Under the pieces are notes generated by a model that was not told the DNA's origin, ran no database searches, and saw nothing but the letters and a program-made list of their open reading frames with translations. A stretch of DNA of 63,661 nucleotides, filler included, from Octopus bimaculoides (lineage: Eukaryota), in NCBI RefSeq assembly GCF_001194135.2. It is 4 parts of 4 records of this genome, joined end to end, with 100 filler letters (N's around TTAATTAATTAA, not from the genome) between each part and the next. Parts side by side here need not be neighbours in the genome. Positions count along the whole stretch, not along the records: positions 61,848 to 63,661 come from NW_026339297.1; 3 more parts are not named here. One strand, given 5' to 3'. Below are positions 61,848-63,661 of this stretch, one piece after another; within the stretch, counting starts at the first letter, position 1, and each line of letters opens with the position of its first letter. The position numbers and the translations under genes are program-made.

Positions 61848-63661
61848 GTAAAAGAGTAAGTCTTCTATCAATGATGTATCACAAATGCCACTTCAGCCAT
61901 AAATAATAGCTCATAATACATAGATGTATGACATTGTATATGGCTAAATCAAAACTTCCCACGAGCCTGTTGCAACATCAAAATAATTTCCATAAGAGAT
62001 TTTTAAATAGAACTTCACACAGATATATTGCTTTTTAAATCCTTCATTATTCAATTTAGGCAAACTGTTAAATGCACAGAAACATACAATCATTCTAGCA
62101 TGTGTAGATTAATGACTAACTGATGTGGCTATATCAGATTTAAAGTCAATGTCATTGATGCATGACATGATAGCTATGATGTTTAAAAATTTGGGTTTAC
62201 CCTTATTATCATCATCATCATCATCATCATTGGTTGGGAGCATTTTATTATGCTACCAGTATCAGAGCATTTATCTACCAATACTAAAGAGTCCCCCCCC
62301 NNNNNNNNNNNNNNNNNNNNNNNNNNNNNNNNNNNNNNNNNNNNNNATATGATACTGGATTATTTATTCATAAATATCGAGTTCAGTGCAACAAAGAGCA
62401 TTTCATTATTTATTTGGACACTAAGTTTTAAATAATAGACTCTACATATCTCAGTTCAACATCAAGATTATCTGTTAGATTATCTGGTAATCTTAACTGC
62501 AACATATTGTCGTCCTGTCAAAGGAAAAAATTATTTCTTGTCTGCTAATGCCATAAAATCTGAAGCTAAGCAATTACTGTTAAAGTAAGATGTAGCCTAT
62601 TGTTAGTTCAATCATGTAGAAGTANNNNNNNNNNNNNNNNNNNNNNNNNNNNNNNNNNNNNNNNNNNNNNNNNNNNNNNNNNNNNNNNNNNNNNNNNNNN
62701 NNNNNNNNNNNNNNNNNNNNNNNNNNNNNNNNNNNNNNNNNNNNNNNNNNNNNNNNNNNNNNNNNNNNNNNNNNNNNNNNNNNNNNNNNNNNNNNNNNNN
62801 NNNNNNNNNNACTGTTAAAGTAAGATGTAGCCTATTGTTAGTTCAATCATGTAGAAGTAATATGCCCATACATAAAAGGGAAAATAAAATACACAAAAAA
62901 GGTCATACAATAATCATCAGAAAGACCACAAATTTTAGCCAGAGGACAGTAGTAAAAGCAGACTTTATACCAAATATCAAACCAGTTGCACAACAGAAAG
63001 TATCAAATGAGGCATGATAGTTGAATATTTATCAACTGCATCTGTCACATGCATAACATGCTATTTTAATGTCAACTGAAATGAAGCTTGTTGGAAATCA
63101 GTCATAATAATATTTGAAACAAAGGCTTTAATATCTATGAGTTGTACTGGAATCAATAGCAGAATAAATTGAGCCTTCAAATATTAATAAAGCAGAACAA
63201 AAATACTCACTTAGTGTATACATTGTGATCTTGGTTCAGTGTAATTCAGAAAACATTATTTTTTTGATAATTTAAGAAATGACTAATGAAAATGCAGTTA
63301 GCCAAAGTACAAGTTAATGTTTTAATGTTTTTGATTCATAGTATTCAAAATAGTTTATAATCTTTAATCAATTAGAGAAGCACAGTGACTGTGCTGTGGG
63401 GTTAACATCCTGGACTAATGGCTGTTTGTATATGATTTCAAAATCTTCCTACTGGAAGCATTTTCTTATTTCCTTAAACATTTACCTGTCCTATGTATCA
63501 TATGGAAAACATAAGATATATTTTCCTGCAGCCCATACATCATATTTTATACATATTTCCAATTTTTTCTTCCACTAGAGTAGCTTGGGACTTTGGAAAA
63601 GAGAGTTTTATTTTACTCAGAGTATATGAAACAAAAGTTAACTAAAAGTCTGAAAACAATC

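Noticed and set aside
62576-62860. 49-bp direct repeat flanking an N gap
   Set aside because: Exact duplicate on both sides of the gap; typical unmerged contig overlap.

Overview
AT-rich, microsatellite- and transposon-dense eukaryotic DNA with many N gaps. The repeat landscape is most consistent with an octopus genome (inference from recalled SINE/RTE families, not a database search). The window is not one contig: three identical 100-nt spacers (44 N + TTAATTAATTAA + 44 N) join four pieces (1-27976, 28077-59651, 59752-61747, 61848-63661). Piece 1 holds the only confidently identified host gene, three coding exons of the mitochondrial carrier SLC25A44 (+ strand, last exon not found), apparently head-to-head with the first exon of an unidentified minus-strand gene. 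The rest is decayed mobile DNA: CR1/L2-like, RTE, Tx1/L1-like and R4/Dong-like LINEs, a Gypsy gag-pro-RT remnant, two mariners, Penelope-like (GIY-YIG) remnants, a probable Helentron-associated element and many tRNA-derived SINEs. The most interesting signal is a set of minimal hammerhead-ribozyme-like motifs in three different Penelope-type or non-autonomous repeats. The best example is a 483-bp inverted-repeat insertion with a 13-bp target-site duplication that combines a tRNA-like B box, microsatellites and two oppositely oriented hammerhead motifs. All calls are by eye; boundaries of decayed repeats are approximate.
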